Source: an uncultured bacterium
Lineage (GTDB): Bacteria > Babelota > Babeliae > Babelales > Babelaceae
NCBI GenBank assembly: GCA_963722385.1
Contig: CAVRKK010000002.1
Span: 352,001-416,000 of the forward strand
Direction of reading: 5' to 3'
Length of the DNA: 64,000 nt
The notes under the pieces: model-generated
Told to the model about the DNA's origin: nothing
Seen by the model: the letters and a program-made list of their open reading frames with translations, nothing else
Databases searched by the model: none
Shown here: piece after piece, positions 10,801-19,882 of the stretch
Layout of the letters: the number at the start of each line of letters is the position of its first letter
Numbering within the stretch: position 1 is the first letter of the stretch
Made by a program: the position numbers and the translations under genes

Positions 10801-13181
10801 TTGCCTCTATTCACCGACTTGCCAGTTCGGCAAGCACTGCTGACACCCTTGCAAGCACAACGATGATGGGTATTGAGGCTTTGCGCTTGTTTAATCAGTA
10901 CAAGCAGAAAGAAGGAAGCACCGGCAAGTTCTTGGCCGTGCGGTTGGGTATTGCCGATGCACAAGGCTCCTTCGCGCCTGATTTATATTTCAATATTGCA
11001 CATGATACCATACGCCGCGAGCAAACCATTACGGTGCCGAGCCATATTTCTGGTCAAGAAGTCCATATCGAGAGTGGCGATGATGTTCAGCTTGACGGAA
11101 CAACCCTAGAAGCCGAGAAAGCAACCATTAAGGGACAGAACTTCCAAGCAACTGCAGCACAACATACGGTCACCGTTAATCAACAATCACAAAGTGTTGG
11201 TGTAACGCTTAGTGGTACCGTTGACGCATCAAAGCAGACAAGCACTTCATATACGGTGACGCATGATAATGCGCAGATAAACGCCGATACCATCGTCATT
11301 GATGTCAAGAATGCAGAGCTCAAAGGAGCCCGGGTACAGGGCATCTCTACAACCATTAATGTTGAGCATAACCTGATGGTGGAATCAGTTGAGGATACGC
11401 ACTATAGCTTTTCGAGCGGTGCTAGTGCCTATGTTGGTTCAGCGGCTGGTGGCGCATATTATGCTCAAAAAGAGACCTATGAACATAAAGTTAGCCAAGC
11501 TTCAGGTATTGAGGGCACCGAGCATCTTGAGGTGCACGTCGGCGATACGATAGATCTCACGGGCGCTTATATAAGCAGTGACTCAACCAACGCCACCGTC
11601 AAAGCTCGCCACCTCGCTTCTGAAGATATTCATGAAGGCAAAGAAACGCGCGGCTTTAGTGTTGGTGGTAGCTTTATACCTAATGGTGATGACCTTGGTC
11701 TCTATGGCATGATCGATGGGCGCTATACTTCTAAGTCGAAAGACGGTATTACACGGGCAACCATTTCCGAAAACATAGACCTTGATATTTTGGGTGCCGC
11801 GATTGCCGAGTTAAATCGCAATATGCGCATGATGCAAGAGACATATGTTGAAGATGAAACAGTTATGCGCTTGGTGATACCAATCATCAACCCGTCAAAG
11901 TTTGCCCAGAAGATGCAGCGCATTAAAGAGTTATTTGCTGAAGACGGCAATAACCTCGACGCCATCAATCAAACAATGAAAGAGGCTGCAGCGGAACAAC
12001 GAGAAGAGATTAAGCAGCAAGCGCGGGATGCTGAGGAGAAGCTTCTTAACGAGTTCCTTGAGCAGAAAAAGAAGCAGGGAGAGCCGTTTACGTCACATGA
12101 AGCAGAGTTCGCCGAAAACATGGCATCAGGGCAGCCTGCAGAAAAAAGTGAAGATCTCAAGGACGTGCTCAGGGAAAATTTTGATCAAAAATATCCTGGT
12201 ACCGAGGGATACGCTGCACAACGTGAGGATGAGGACCTCGAAGAGATTAATCTCGATGACCAAGCAGGTGAGCGAACTTGGGAACAGCCGGTTGAATCAG
12301 CCGCATCAGAAGAAACAGCAGATTTCGTAGAACTAAACGACTTGTATGACATCTATGAGTTCAACAGGCAAGACGGTGATACTACCATAACAACAGATGT
12401 TGCTCAAGATTCACCGGGAATGGACGATCAGGAATCATCGGATGCTTCAGACGTTGCTGAACAAATTTACCAAGAGCTTGAAGATATTTGCGAATCGCAG
12501 GCGAACCAAGAAATGCTCTATGATGAGTCACCCTCATTCGTTCGACCATTCTTATCGACCATGCTCGACTTCGTACCGATTGTAGGCAACGTTAAATCTG
12601 CCGCTGAGCTTGGCCTTGGCCGGGATTATATAGGAGGACAAGATATTGGCTATGGCGAACGCGCCTTGCGCACCGCTGCTGTTATATTTCCCTATGTAAA
12701 ACACTTAAAATTTGTTAGAACAGTACTGTGGCCCGTCAAATTCTTGGCAAACAAGACAGGCAAGAAACTAAAAAATCTGAAAGATAAGGCGGCTTCTGCC
12801 ATCCTAAGGCCATTGGCAATAAATGCTGCTCGCCTGGGTTTTATCGAGCTTGGTGGAGAAGCTGGCCATATCGCAACAAAAGAAGCCGCCGAAAAAATTG
12901 CTGCTGCATTTAAAGGAGCAACTCTAAAAGGAGCTCAAGGAAAAGGATGGAAGGTCAAGATTCCAAACGGGAAAAAGGAATTTACTGTTAGAATTATGGA
13001 AGCCGGCTCTGGTGGGAGAATGGAACCTTATTTTAGGATTGGCATCAGTGGCGAATCAGCTTTAACTTCAGCCGGACAGCTTATGGCAGATCCTAAATTA
13101 ACTCACTTCGATTTGACAAGTAATTATCTTATCCAAATTCAAGAAATGATTTCACAATACAAGATAAGGTATAAAAAATGA
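7866..13181 (+). CDS. Polymorphic toxin: signal peptide, haemagglutinin (FHA-2-like) repeats, acidic linker, PT-TG-like pre-toxin domain, C-terminal putative nuclease
   Basis: CdiA-like motif YYQVQKFDGVDCLVPVLHV; FHA-like repeats (GKLFNEGSKI, SEIGAGKNLTVES); LDFVPIVGNVKSAAELGLGRDYIGG is PT-TG-like; basic ~110-aa tip. Confidence 0.8.
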   Translation: MFIKAFIRHALVSIFSLLAIIFCRASTEPREGYHVIITRDEPASRHIPKLRGQESPEKATHCKIMKNGEQIAQADVVHEVRGKFKQTEMAKPFSLIDARNLQIRFQEGDNCFHLSVDLKGDIAIHQLEMADSFSLEVSGSSSITNQTPISLKKDLAITMPRGVFWSGSKAHWHVGGQADLSFEEGAVAIWGSFDSTGDLRIKANRYTQPYGKAQRTEGNRYRATNSNGYPWTCVEYDMVSPKRSLVRSQGNISLTANHVGIYGGILHAKENIIADIDQKFELLTQCNDHKRCETYKEDTGWIFKNMVTRAVADYFESCDDVAILQAGKDFKLMLQGQPVKIHDIKHYPAFESTGQIVIGQEAHVSSSNKQGVMHNHKSDVDDLRSYGPISLSFAQFIDPTTTILCNDPRFIFTHPSQKESTEEWQPGNELAFFHGTTLNKPAMLLSFSSQVEILSRLLFELGLPALGGEGDFATQLRELQRAGYLVALVNGRKIGNMKKREPLPRGHNKPRKSLKDQPQETKVELAEEEKQELARLLKRYSHKINGYPSWLKSKMTDVQEGQNLGILTQELIHELPFSFIYYQVQKFDGVDCLVPVLHVCAADRDANKRMGSFLAHDVTIDKMHRVVNKGMIRAINRVKIQADTIINKANKVKKYSVRTPLEGGDIIGFDIELEVPQDAVGKAGIKNIGGSIVGKQKVSLYAKQGDITNTVLLGSHTVTWDPGFFGRLFGHQSSSEIVDFYPGNITSEGNIELISETGKLFNEGSKIIGAQNVQLKAYGDAVFKTLTNKHTSYSGTSLQGFSVKQVVKEAMTMERSEIGAGKNLTVESTNGSIKSYGASFTAIRDALFKAKKSNDLAVVTTTLKGEQKQLGLNLFGLYATSKKHLKDHIVKTEINVGGKVTFESGEDNVLEAVVVYAGQSIHLIAKRNNIIKGAKERSSSMTDSWSFGVTFFGSDALGLLADEEYRRALWALNDEDPLLASIHRLASSASTADTLASTTMMGIEALRLFNQYKQKEGSTGKFLAVRLGIADAQGSFAPDLYFNIAHDTIRREQTITVPSHISGQEVHIESGDDVQLDGTTLEAEKATIKGQNFQATAAQHTVTVNQQSQSVGVTLSGTVDASKQTSTSYTVTHDNAQINADTIVIDVKNAELKGARVQGISTTINVEHNLMVESVEDTHYSFSSGASAYVGSAAGGAYYAQKETYEHKVSQASGIEGTEHLEVHVGDTIDLTGAYISSDSTNATVKARHLASEDIHEGKETRGFSVGGSFIPNGDDLGLYGMIDGRYTSKSKDGITRATISENIDLDILGAAIAELNRNMRMMQETYVEDETVMRLVIPIINPSKFAQKMQRIKELFAEDGNNLDAINQTMKEAAAEQREEIKQQARDAEEKLLNEFLEQKKKQGEPFTSHEAEFAENMASGQPAEKSEDLKDVLRENFDQKYPGTEGYAAQREDEDLEEINLDDQAGERTWEQPVESAASEETADFVELNDLYDIYEFNRQDGDTTITTDVAQDSPGMDDQESSDASDVAEQIYQELEDICESQANQEMLYDESPSFVRPFLSTMLDFVPIVGNVKSAAELGLGRDYIGGQDIGYGERALRTAAVIFPYVKHLKFVRTVLWPVKFLANKTGKKLKNLKDKAASAILRPLAINAARLGFIELGGEAGHIATKEAAEKIAAAFKGATLKGAQGKGWKVKIPNGKKEFTVRIMEAGSGGRMEPYFRIGISGESALTSAGQLMADPKLTHFDLTSNYLIQIQEMISQYKIRYKK

Positions 13182-13639
13182 ACAATTTAAATCTAACTAA
13201 TGAACTAAATAAACTTTGGGAAGGCAGAATTCTAAATCTTGAGTTTGATATCCTTCACCATAAAATTAAGTTCAAAATAAAAGTATATAGACCAGGAACA
13301 AGGGATGAACAATTTGATATCTATAACGTTGTTTTTTCTGGGGTTTCATCTTTTTACTTTTTGCAAAATACAGATGAAGATAGATTTAGGACATATGATC
13401 CAGATCCGGGAGATACAACGGAACTGACCACCATAGGTTACTATAAAGATGGTATTGGAAAAATTAAAATCGTGACTCGTGAGGGAGATGAAGATGCTGG
13501 ATGGGCAAGCCAGTGGTACTCATCGGCAAATTTTGCCCTAGAGCTCGATCCATCAGCATTATTTATCGAAGCCAGAAGTATAACCATAAATGATAAAACC
13601 TATGAGGTAGGCTATCCCCTAGATGAAGGAGGTTTGTAA
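13178..13639 (+). CDS. Putative cognate immunity protein (resembles Bacillus YxiG-like proteins, from recall)
   Basis: ATGA overlap with toxin stop; small, acidic, AT-rich. Confidence 0.72.
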   Translation: MNNLNLTNELNKLWEGRILNLEFDILHHKIKFKIKVYRPGTRDEQFDIYNVVFSGVSSFYFLQNTDEDRFRTYDPDPGDTTELTTIGYYKDGIGKIKIVTREGDEDAGWASQWYSSANFALELDPSALFIEARSITINDKTYEVGYPLDEGGL

Positions 13640-13816
13640 CGTCCAATAAAACGAGCTTCTGACTATTACATGCTTCATTTTGTTGGTATCTGACAAAAAA
13701 TCTGTTATTATCAGAAATAATATCGCTAGATTATTTAAAAAATTGCCAAATGCTAATAAACATGCTAGTTTGATGGATATATTTATCTTTTATTATATAA
13801 AACTGAAAGGACTTTT

Positions 13817-14617
13817 ATGGACATGAGAAGTCTTAGAATCACAGGCCTGTCTCTCGTACTCGCTCTTGGTAGCTGGCAAGCAACCGCGATGGAAGCTCCT
13901 GGTCACGAATCGAGCAGCGATGAGGAAACAAGCGCAAAAGAATACTCCCCCGAGGAAGCGGAACAGGGCAGAAAGCTTATCCAAGCGATTCATTTTGAAG
14001 AGACGGATCTTATTTATGCCTTAATTGGCGCAACGCCAGCTATCATTAACTACCAAGACCCAGAAACGGGCAATACACCACTTTTAGAAGCAATGGAAGT
14101 CTCTAGCCGTCCAATAATTAAGCTTCTCATTCAAAAAGGTGCTGATCCTTCGATAAAAAACGCTCAAGGCTTTCCGCCAGTTTTCATTGTTCTTAAGAAG
14201 TGGAGTGAACGTGAAGAGCTTTTAAGGGTACTGATTTCTTATAATATACAAGCTTGTGACGCACGTGGTCCTAATGGCCAAACAGCATTGCAATACGCTG
14301 TTGAACATAATTTACCCGAAACAGATGTCCTCTTGCGTTTATGGGCTGATATTAATGCGCAAGATGACAGAGGATGGACGGCTTTGCACTATGCTGTGGC
14401 ACAAGGCAAGAGCATAGCCGTAAAATATTTGATTGAACAAGGTGCCAACCCTAATATCCGGAGCTTTGATGGCGACGGAAATCGTACAGCTGATATGGTT
14501 ATTAATCCTGATACAGCAGGGAGAAGAGGTCCTATTATGGCGAGGGCCATCTTGGCAGCCCAACAAAGCTATGGAAAAGGATGGTTTAGCAGTATTAGAA
14601 GCCTCGTTGGTTTGTAA
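13817..14617 (+). CDS. Ankyrin-repeat protein with signal peptide
   Basis: GNTPLLEA, GQTALQYA, GWTALHYA ankyrin motifs. Confidence 0.88.
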   Translation: MDMRSLRITGLSLVLALGSWQATAMEAPGHESSSDEETSAKEYSPEEAEQGRKLIQAIHFEETDLIYALIGATPAIINYQDPETGNTPLLEAMEVSSRPIIKLLIQKGADPSIKNAQGFPPVFIVLKKWSEREELLRVLISYNIQACDARGPNGQTALQYAVEHNLPETDVLLRLWADINAQDDRGWTALHYAVAQGKSIAVKYLIEQGANPNIRSFDGDGNRTADMVINPDTAGRRGPIMARAILAAQQSYGKGWFSSIRSLVGL

Positions 14618-14643
14618 TTTACTTCAGGTCTTAGTTAATCTTT

Positions 14644-14670
14644 AAGCCAGCACCTTGTGCTGGCTTTTTT
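14644..14670 (+). terminator. Intrinsic terminator
   Basis: AAGCCAGCAC/GTGCTGGCTT stem plus T tract. Confidence 0.8.
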
Positions 14671-14741
14671 ATTTATATTGCAATTCATGATACATATTAA
14701 TTATAATTATTTTAAATAGCAAATTAAATCAGGAGTAAGTA

Positions 14742-17700
14742 ATGAAGCAGCTAAACGTAATTTGCGTTTCAGCTTTCTTATGTTGCAGTTTCCTTGTTCC
14801 TCTAGCATATGCCCAAGAAGGTGAAATTCCAGAAGAGCTATCGGCTAGGAAGGCTCACTTAGAAAAGGAACAAGGACAACTTGAGCAAGAATTACTTTTA
14901 GCTCAACGAGAAAACAACCCAGAAGAAATTTCAGCTATTACAAGCCAGCAAAATCAGGTTGCTCAACAGCTTAAAGAAGTAGCTCAAGAGGAATTACAAG
15001 CAGTTCCTGTTATCTCCCCACCAATACCATCTGACCAAGTGCCAATTGTAGTCACGAAAGCGAAAACTATTACTGAACAAAATGTTCTTCAGGCATCTGA
15101 TATAACAAGCTGGCAAAAAGCTTGGGAAGCATTTGCTGAACAACCTGGCAAGCTTTGGGGCAAAGGTGGCGCTTTGTTCACAGCGGTTCCTGCTGAAGAG
15201 AGAGCTCAAAATATGATTAAAATTATAGAGAAATTGCCTGAAAGCTTTAGCGCTAATCAAACTATTGATGCTCTTTCTTTTATAGCTCAGCAAGCCTTGG
15301 ACATGAAAAATAAGAATTATTTTACGCCTGGCGAGGCTGACCATGATTATGGCCAAATAATGAGAGCTTTATCTAATCAGCTAGGCCAAGTTATCGAAGA
15401 CAGCCAGTTTAAAAATCATGACCCTGAGCAAGTGAATAAATTGCTTATAACGATTCTCAAAAAAATTAAGGTAGCTCCTCAATTTAAAAATTCAATAGAA
15501 GTTATGATTGCTCGTAAAATAATTGATTACTTAGAGACTGCTGGATTTAAACAAGGGACCTCAAATGTTTTACAAAGTTTTACCGACATAGTAAATGATT
15601 ACTTGGAAATCTTGAATGGTGTTGCTTTATCCGAAATTCATAATCACGCGATTCAGAATGCTTTGGTGGAAATCATTGAAAAGAGAACAGAGCCTCTTGC
15701 TGACCTATCTTTTGAGCAGGGACTAAAGATTCTTTTTGAGATGGCCGAAGATAAAGATGCCAAAGCATTATCCAAAAAGATGCCACAGCTTTCCCATATA
15801 TTTGTTATTACTGCGAATCGACTTTTATCGAACGAATTAAGCAATCATAGTTTAACACGCGATATTTCACCGCTTACGCAACCTGGCCAAACAGAAGAGC
15901 AGAAAGAAGCATTATACCTGAATGCTTATGTTAAAGAAGTGGACTTGCTCAATAAATATTTAATTTTTACCAAGAAGAATGGCGCCAGCAAAACAGACCC
16001 AGAATTTCAAGCAGCGGCACGAAGGCTTTCTCGCGTTAACGATTTTATGAATGAACAAAAGGATTTGCCAGAAACACAAGCCAATAAGCAACTTTTTAAC
16101 AAGCTCAATAAGGCTATTTTTAAGGTGCTCGACACGCTGGTCGATGAAGGCGGCATCATGGGTGTTCTCGAGCATGATACAGAATTTGAGTCAAAAGAAG
16201 AGGAACAAAGCAAGCTTTTCAATCGGCTGTCTGCGCTTCCTGAAGATATGCTCGCTGGGATGAATCAAGAAGCTACCAGCGTACTTGAACAAATGAGCAA
16301 AACTACTGACCCAAAAAAGCTCAAAGAGCTTTATGATAACTTAGAAGCTATCTATGTGAATCTCACCGAGCCACTAATCGAAGAGAAGGGTAAAAGCTAT
16401 GGCTTAAAAGATTTGCTTACTGAATCGGCTGATCTTGCAAACTTAAGTAAGCTTACCGAACAAATCGAAAAAGCCCTTGGGCCTCGAAAAGAAGTACTCC
16501 AAAAGAATGTTAAGCGCCTCGTAACGATAAGAGACCGCTTTAATGAAATATTGCCAGAGCTTAAAGAATCTTCTCTTGCAAATATCACCGCCCATGGCAA
16601 AGAACTTGGTCAGCAAAAACAGGATCTTGAGAAAATAACAGAATATGCAGTACCCGAAGGGATGGTGCCAGAGTTTCAACGTACCTATGGGCAGGTAGAG
16701 GCATGGACGGACATCATCGACGCAGCTGAAGCATATAAAGCGTTAACTAGTGCGCCTGCTCAATTAACCGAGCAAGAAAAAGCAACTATTGGCCAAGTGT
16801 ATGTAACCGTAACCAAAGCTTTTGCTGGCATTCCTGTTTCTCTCGATTATGATCAAGAAAAAATATTTACCGATCGTCTTGAGGCTATGAAGAAGCAACA
16901 AGAAGCATTGGATAAGCTTACGAGTCTCGTGCGTGAGCCAAAAGCAACGATTGATGGCAAAGAGTACGATTTGCTGCAGGTTGCGGGCTTTATTAAAAAG
17001 CTTGCTTATCGTTTTGAGAAACTTTCGTCACAGCAGCTTGATGATTTAGAAAAAAGTGGCTTTTTGATTCATGACGTACGAGAGGGTCAAACATATTATA
17101 GGCCAAGTGATCGTGGCCTTTATTTAGTCAGCATTGCTGATACGCTTAATGACGTTGAACGCCGCGCAAAGCAGCTTGATGAATATCAAAAGCAGCATGC
17201 TTCTGGTATAGAGCCAAGCCTTCAGAGACTCAGCCCTACGGGGCGACCTATCGAAATTGCAGAGGCTTATAGACTGCAGTTGCTTATTCTTGATGATCAG
17301 GTTGATGTTCTTCAGTATCTCTATCGTAGAAACATTCTCGAGAACAAGGTTGAAGAAGCAGTTTCTGGTGTTGTTAATACTACTGCTATCAATAACCCGC
17401 CGCCACTGGCCAAAATTGATAAAACAGAATTGCTCAATGATATAAGTGATTTGCTCTCCGTAGCACGTGCCGAGTTAAGAAAGGAATCAGTCAATCCCTA
17501 TTTTGAGTCACTTGTTGAAAGTGAAGCTTATATTGAGTCGTTACCTCAAAAAGAGCAGGCGGAAGCACGCAAGGCAGCTGGCTTAACAACCTGGATTATG
17601 CGCATTATTGGCCTCTCTGATCCTGAGGCAGTTTTTACCGCTGATGAGGCAACTATTACTGAAGAGGTCAAAGATATCTATACCAAGTTGAAAAGTGTTG

Positions 17701-18803
17701 TTAATGCCAGCTTAGCCGATCTTGCTGCTCGCTGGAAGCAAGCGGTGATTGCAGGCAAAGAGACAGCCAGTAAAGTAGCATGGTACAGCGCAATCCCCGC
17801 CGCTGTTGTTGCTTTCTTTGCCACTAAAATAACGGTACAGGCGGGAGCGCCGATAATTGGCGGAACTATAGGCAGCGCCATTGGACCCGTAGGTACCGTA
17901 GCAGGCGCAACTATAGGAAGCATGGTGGGCGGTGTGACCGGCGACGTTGCTGCTCTCTTTACTGCTGCTGGTGCAGGAGCAAGCTTGTACCTCCTTTATG
18001 CAACCTTAAAGCCAACCGAGCAAGACTATGAAAAATTAAACGAGCTTCTTTTTAAAGCGGGCTATGTGCCTGAATATATTCAAAAAGACCCGGGACTTTG
18101 GAATAAGGCGGTGGAGAAAATGAAAAGCTTGTTTTCATCTGAGGTCACTAATATGGTCAGGAATGCAGAAAAAGTAAAAGAGGGCGTTGATCAAAAAATA
18201 GCTTGGGCCAATAAAGCACAAGAAGAGCTTTATGCGCAGCTTGGCCTTGAACCCAATGCGCGAGCCGCCGCGGTTGAAGCTGGCTTTAAGCAAAAGGATG
18301 AAGCGCTCAAAGGTCGGCTTTTCTTAAATCGCTGGCTTACCAAAAAGGACTTAACGCGAGACTACCGTCGTATGCTTAAGTGCCATATCGAAGCACGCCG
18401 TGCCCAAATAGAATATAACAGCGTTCTTGTCGACATAGCTACCAAAATTATGGCTGATGTAGCACGAGAAAATACCGGCATCCTTGACAATATCTGGAAT
18501 TTCATCTGGGGTGCTAAAGAGGGGACAGAAAAACCAACCGCGGACAAGCTGATCCAAATGGCGAGCGACACCATCGATGTGTACCGCCGCCAAGTGGCCG
18601 ATCTTATAGCTCTTGAAGCAATGATTGAAAAGGAGGCGGGGGACATTGGCAAAGCTGATCCTTTTGGCAAAGGAAACACGTTAATTGACGCCTTTAGAGA
18701 TCAATTTAATAGCAGGGTTAGCAACTTAGAAACCTCATATGTCGACAATGTTAATCTTCTGCTTGAGTCTCAAGGTAAAAAAACGCTCAGCCTGCCTACC
18801 TAA
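14742..18803 (+). CDS. Large secreted coiled-coil/helical protein with glycine-zipper hydrophobic segment
   Basis: AGGAG RBS, signal peptide ending AYA, E/K/Q-rich helices, GGTIGSAIGPVGTVAGATIG segment. Confidence 0.85.
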   Translation: MKQLNVICVSAFLCCSFLVPLAYAQEGEIPEELSARKAHLEKEQGQLEQELLLAQRENNPEEISAITSQQNQVAQQLKEVAQEELQAVPVISPPIPSDQVPIVVTKAKTITEQNVLQASDITSWQKAWEAFAEQPGKLWGKGGALFTAVPAEERAQNMIKIIEKLPESFSANQTIDALSFIAQQALDMKNKNYFTPGEADHDYGQIMRALSNQLGQVIEDSQFKNHDPEQVNKLLITILKKIKVAPQFKNSIEVMIARKIIDYLETAGFKQGTSNVLQSFTDIVNDYLEILNGVALSEIHNHAIQNALVEIIEKRTEPLADLSFEQGLKILFEMAEDKDAKALSKKMPQLSHIFVITANRLLSNELSNHSLTRDISPLTQPGQTEEQKEALYLNAYVKEVDLLNKYLIFTKKNGASKTDPEFQAAARRLSRVNDFMNEQKDLPETQANKQLFNKLNKAIFKVLDTLVDEGGIMGVLEHDTEFESKEEEQSKLFNRLSALPEDMLAGMNQEATSVLEQMSKTTDPKKLKELYDNLEAIYVNLTEPLIEEKGKSYGLKDLLTESADLANLSKLTEQIEKALGPRKEVLQKNVKRLVTIRDRFNEILPELKESSLANITAHGKELGQQKQDLEKITEYAVPEGMVPEFQRTYGQVEAWTDIIDAAEAYKALTSAPAQLTEQEKATIGQVYVTVTKAFAGIPVSLDYDQEKIFTDRLEAMKKQQEALDKLTSLVREPKATIDGKEYDLLQVAGFIKKLAYRFEKLSSQQLDDLEKSGFLIHDVREGQTYYRPSDRGLYLVSIADTLNDVERRAKQLDEYQKQHASGIEPSLQRLSPTGRPIEIAEAYRLQLLILDDQVDVLQYLYRRNILENKVEEAVSGVVNTTAINNPPPLAKIDKTELLNDISDLLSVARAELRKESVNPYFESLVESEAYIESLPQKEQAEARKAAGLTTWIMRIIGLSDPEAVFTADEATITEEVKDIYTKLKSVVNASLADLAARWKQAVIAGKETASKVAWYSAIPAAVVAFFATKITVQAGAPIIGGTIGSAIGPVGTVAGATIGSMVGGVTGDVAALFTAAGAGASLYLLYATLKPTEQDYEKLNELLFKAGYVPEYIQKDPGLWNKAVEKMKSLFSSEVTNMVRNAEKVKEGVDQKIAWANKAQEELYAQLGLEPNARAAAVEAGFKQKDEALKGRLFLNRWLTKKDLTRDYRRMLKCHIEARRAQIEYNSVLVDIATKIMADVARENTGILDNIWNFIWGAKEGTEKPTADKLIQMASDTIDVYRRQVADLIALEAMIEKEAGDIGKADPFGKGNTLIDAFRDQFNSRVSNLETSYVDNVNLLLESQGKKTLSLPT

Positions 18804-18858
18804 AAAAATGTTTAAGAAAGGCTTTCTTTAGAGAATACTATTTTTTTAACTCTTAAAG

Positions 18859-18885
18859 GGGAGATGCGCTCATAACGCACCTCCC
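18859..18885. terminator. Hairpin homologous to 943..969
   Basis: GGGAGATGCG-ctcataa-CGCACCTCCC. Confidence 0.55.
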
Positions 18886-18918
18886 GGTAAGTTTTTACTG
18901 AATTTAGAATTTAGCTTC

Positions 18919-18982
18919 CTAGAGCTCTGCTGGAACTGGTGCTGTCGAATAATCCACCGAGCCACCCGTGCGATGACGGTTA
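18919..18982 (-). pseudogene. 64-nt remnant of the 3' end of a beta-propeller gene (copy of 1003..1066)
   Basis: Near-identical to 1003-1066 including stop codon. Confidence 0.8.
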
Positions 18983-19213
18983 TCAAGGGCCGGTAGGTCA
19001 TCGTTGACCTGCCGATCCCTATGCACTAGGTATGAAGCTGCTCGAATCCGACGTAGTCTTTTCTAACTTCCTGAACACCTTAGCAGCACATAGAATGTGC
19101 CCTTCCAGGGAAGCGCCCACGCAAAGGTTGTAAATATTTATCTTTTTTTGCTACAATATAATTACGATTAATATTATATTAACTAAAAGAAAATTAAGTA
19201 TCAAGGAGGTACT

Positions 19214-19744
19214 ATGAAAAGAGAAAACAACGCTACCTATGCTGGCAAAAGCACATCAATCCTCTTCATTTCTTTAGCCTGCCTCAGTATCATAGGATCA
19301 TTGGCCAAGGGACGTTGTCCTTTAAAAGAATATTTTATTGATACCTTTAAAGAGAATAACATTAATAATGTAGGCAGAATTAATGTAGATCTACTAGTAA
19401 AGCTAGGTTGCGCTATATGCGGTAGAGATAAGGATGAGAATACTCTTCTTCATACTGCTGCTGTACTCGTAGAAAAACCAGCTGTTTCTAAGTTAATAAA
19501 GTTACATTGCGACGTTAACGCTCAAAATGATGTAGGAATGACTCCTTTGCATTTTGCTTTTATGCGCAAATACACAACAAAAGACAGACAATTAGCAAGC
19601 AAAGCTTCAGAAATAATCGATTTATTAGTTGGAGCAGGCGCTAACTTGAATCTGAAAAATAAGCTGGAACTGACTCCTCAAGAATTTGGCGAATTTACGA
19701 GTACCATGATGCCTGAATTCAACGAAAAAGAACTCTTTACCTAA
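19214..19744 (+). CDS. Small ankyrin-repeat protein with N-terminal hydrophobic segment
   Basis: ENTLLHTAA, GMTPLHFA motifs; AAGGAGG RBS. Confidence 0.85.
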   Translation: MKRENNATYAGKSTSILFISLACLSIIGSLAKGRCPLKEYFIDTFKENNINNVGRINVDLLVKLGCAICGRDKDENTLLHTAAVLVEKPAVSKLIKLHCDVNAQNDVGMTPLHFAFMRKYTTKDRQLASKASEIIDLLVGAGANLNLKNKLELTPQEFGEFTSTMMPEFNEKELFT

Positions 19745-19771
19745 ACATCCCCTTAACGCGTAAACTTTTAG

Positions 19772-19803
19772 GCAATGAGAGCCAGAGTTCTGGCTTTCAT
19801 TGC
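19772..19803. terminator. Hairpin between convergent genes
   Basis: GCAATGAGAGCCAGA/TCTGGCTTTCATTGC. Confidence 0.6.
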
Positions 19804-19882
19804 TTCCAACGTATCAAAAGAAAAATTAAACTAAGCAGAACACTATTAGGAAAATTAATATAGGTTCAAAAAAAGTCAGCCT

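Noticed and set aside
7917..12585. Many short ORFs nested in or antisense to long genes, here and across the window
   Set aside because: No recognisable motifs; expected by chance in six-frame translation
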